DNA of 47,624 nucleotides from Patescibacteria group bacterium (lineage in GTDB: Bacteria; Patescibacteriota; Minisyncoccia; Phycocordibacterales; UBA918). The stretch spans positions 1 to 47,624 of the forward strand of contig JAIELQ010000005.1 in the NCBI GenBank assembly GCA_019752815.1. Direction: 5' to 3'. The notes under the pieces are model-generated. The model was not told where the DNA came from, searched no databases, and worked only from the letters and a program-made list of their open reading frames with translations. This document shows positions 46,307 through 47,624 of the stretch, piece by piece. Made by a program: the position numbers and the translations under genes. Each line of letters starts with the position of its first letter. Positions within the stretch are counted from its first letter, which is position 1.

Positions 46307-47624
46307 ATGCGCACACTCGTGTCACCTTACCATCTGATTCATGCCTTCATAGATAAAACGACCATGTATATGTTGGTGCTGTATATGTTGAGTGCGCTTG
46401 CCGCATTCTCATTACTATTTGGAGCACTAGGTCTAGTAGCTTTTAGTGTTGGTAGTCAGCTACTGTCGCTTGTTGTGGTGGTGACAGCAGCATTCGCGTC
46501 AAGTGTGTTGCTGGCATTAATTACTAAAGTTCCCGCCAATCATCATTCGTCAGTGATTACCGGACTGATTATTTTCTTTTTGATTACACCAGGATCAACT
46601 GTTACTGAATATGTAATTTTGGCGGGAACGATAGCATTTGCGATTGCAACAAAATACATTTTTGTATACCGCAAGCAACATATTTTTAATGCTGCCGCGT
46701 TGGCGGTTTTTCTGTTAAGTCTCTCGGGGCTTGGCGCAGCTGCGTGGTGGGTCGCTACCCCATGGCTTTTTATACCACTCGTGATTACGGGGTTGGCAGT
46801 TGTTGTAAAAATCAGACGGCTGGCTATGGTTGGCAGTTTTCTACTCGTCGGTTTTTTGGTTTTTATGCTTGAAGGTTTGTACTACGGTGATGACGTGGTA
46901 GTAGGTACAACCACGTTTTTTCTGTCCTACCCAGCATTATTTTTAGGGTTCTTTATGTTGACGGAACCATTTACCATGCCACCGACGCGCACATCACAAA
47001 TGTGGTATGGAGCATTAGTGGGGTTACTATCAACTACCTCAATATTTAAACCATTGGTAACACTCTCTCCTGAGCTAGCACTCTTAATAGGGAACTTGGC
47101 AGTGTATCCGTTAACGCTAAAACGCAAATTGTATTTAGAAGTAATGGCGGTTGAAACGATTGCGCACAACATCTACGAAATTATTTTTAAAAAGCCGGAT
47201 GGAATGAAGTTTGAAGCGGGGCAATATCTAGAATGGATGGTACCGCACACCAAGGCCGATACTCGTGGTGTTCGTCGGTATTTCACCATTGCGTCATCGC
47301 CAACAGAAGACGTAGTGCGAGTGGCACTTAAAATTCCTGAGGTATCCAGTACATATAAAACCCAACTACGCGCACTTAAAGCGGGAGATGTAGTTATTGC
47401 GAGCCAGCTCGCAGGAGATTTTATTTTACCCAAAGACACTAATCAGAAAATTGGTTTGATTGCTGGCGGTATTGGCGTCACTCCATTTCGTAGTCAGTTA
47501 CAACACATAAATGACAAAGATGAAGTGCGTGATGTAGTGTTGTTTTATGGCAACAACACAATTGCTGAAATTGCCTACGGTGAATTGTTTGCGAAACTAG
47601 GATCAAAAATTGGGTTAAAAACAG
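46307..47624 (+). CDS. RnfD/NqrB-like membrane domain fused to an FNR-type FAD/NAD(P)-binding oxidoreductase (3' truncated by window end; absent from ORF track)
   Basis: Hand translation from ATG 46307 is open to the window end: KQHIFNAAA, FFMLTEPFTMP, GQY, RRYFTIASSP, IAGGIGVTPF. Confidence 0.9.
   Translation, partial: MRTLVSPYHLIHAFIDKTTMYMLVLYMLSALAAFSLLFGALGLVAFSVGSQLLSLVVVVTAAFASSVLLALITKVPANHHSSVITGLIIFFLITPGSTVTEYVILAGTIAFAIATKYIFVYRKQHIFNAAALAVFLLSLSGLGAAAWWVATPWLFIPLVITGLAVVVKIRRLAMVGSFLLVGFLVFMLEGLYYGDDVVVGTTTFFLSYPALFLGFFMLTEPFTMPPTRTSQMWYGALVGLLSTTSIFKPLVTLSPELALLIGNLAVYPLTLKRKLYLEVMAVETIAHNIYEIIFKKPDGMKFEAGQYLEWMVPHTKADTRGVRRYFTIASSPTEDVVRVALKIPEVSSTYKTQLRALKAGDVVIASQLAGDFILPKDTNQKIGLIAGGIGVTPFRSQLQHINDKDEVRDVVLFYGNNTIAEIAYGELFAKLGSKIGLKT

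Noticed and set aside
46927-47439. Minus-strand ORFs 46927-47172 and 47173-47439
   Set aside because: Antisense shadows of the plus-strand RnfD-FNR fusion that runs off the window end.
1-47624. Alternative genetic code (UGA = Gly, as in Gracilibacteria and Absconditabacteria)
   Set aside because: Long conserved genes are intact under the standard code, and TGA ends some genes at sensible positions (for example apbE).

Overview
Core-chromosome window from a small-genome bacterium using the standard genetic code. Gene content and style suggest Patescibacteria/CPR, probably Parcubacteria (inference, no search run). Housekeeping genes: rpoB, rpoC, dnaG, rpoD, a UvrD helicase-nuclease fusion, uppP, hisS, prmC, class I aldolase, rpmG (missed by the ORF track), a truB-like gene and a DEAD-box helicase. 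Also present are an alpha-glucan cluster (GT4, GH57, DUF5752-like, GH15), alkylation repair genes (AlkC, ATL) and an ApbE/FMN-binding/RnfD-FNR flavinylation module at the right edge. The most interesting signals are non-coding. (1) A family of eight ~120-200 bp palindromic elements with covarying stems and strand-specific G-T and tandem G-A pairs, mostly starting at stop codons. One copy is translated in frame inside an ABC permease, and related composite elements swap modules. (2) An orphan PemK/MazF toxin with no protein antitoxin, faced by a near-consensus antisense sigma70 promoter and a hairpin RNA, and bracketed by a duplication of the dnaG 5' end. (3) An HNH nuclease bracketed by a duplicated terminator. 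(4) Self-contained orphan gene cassettes with Shine-Dalgarno sites, set among core genes that appear leaderless.
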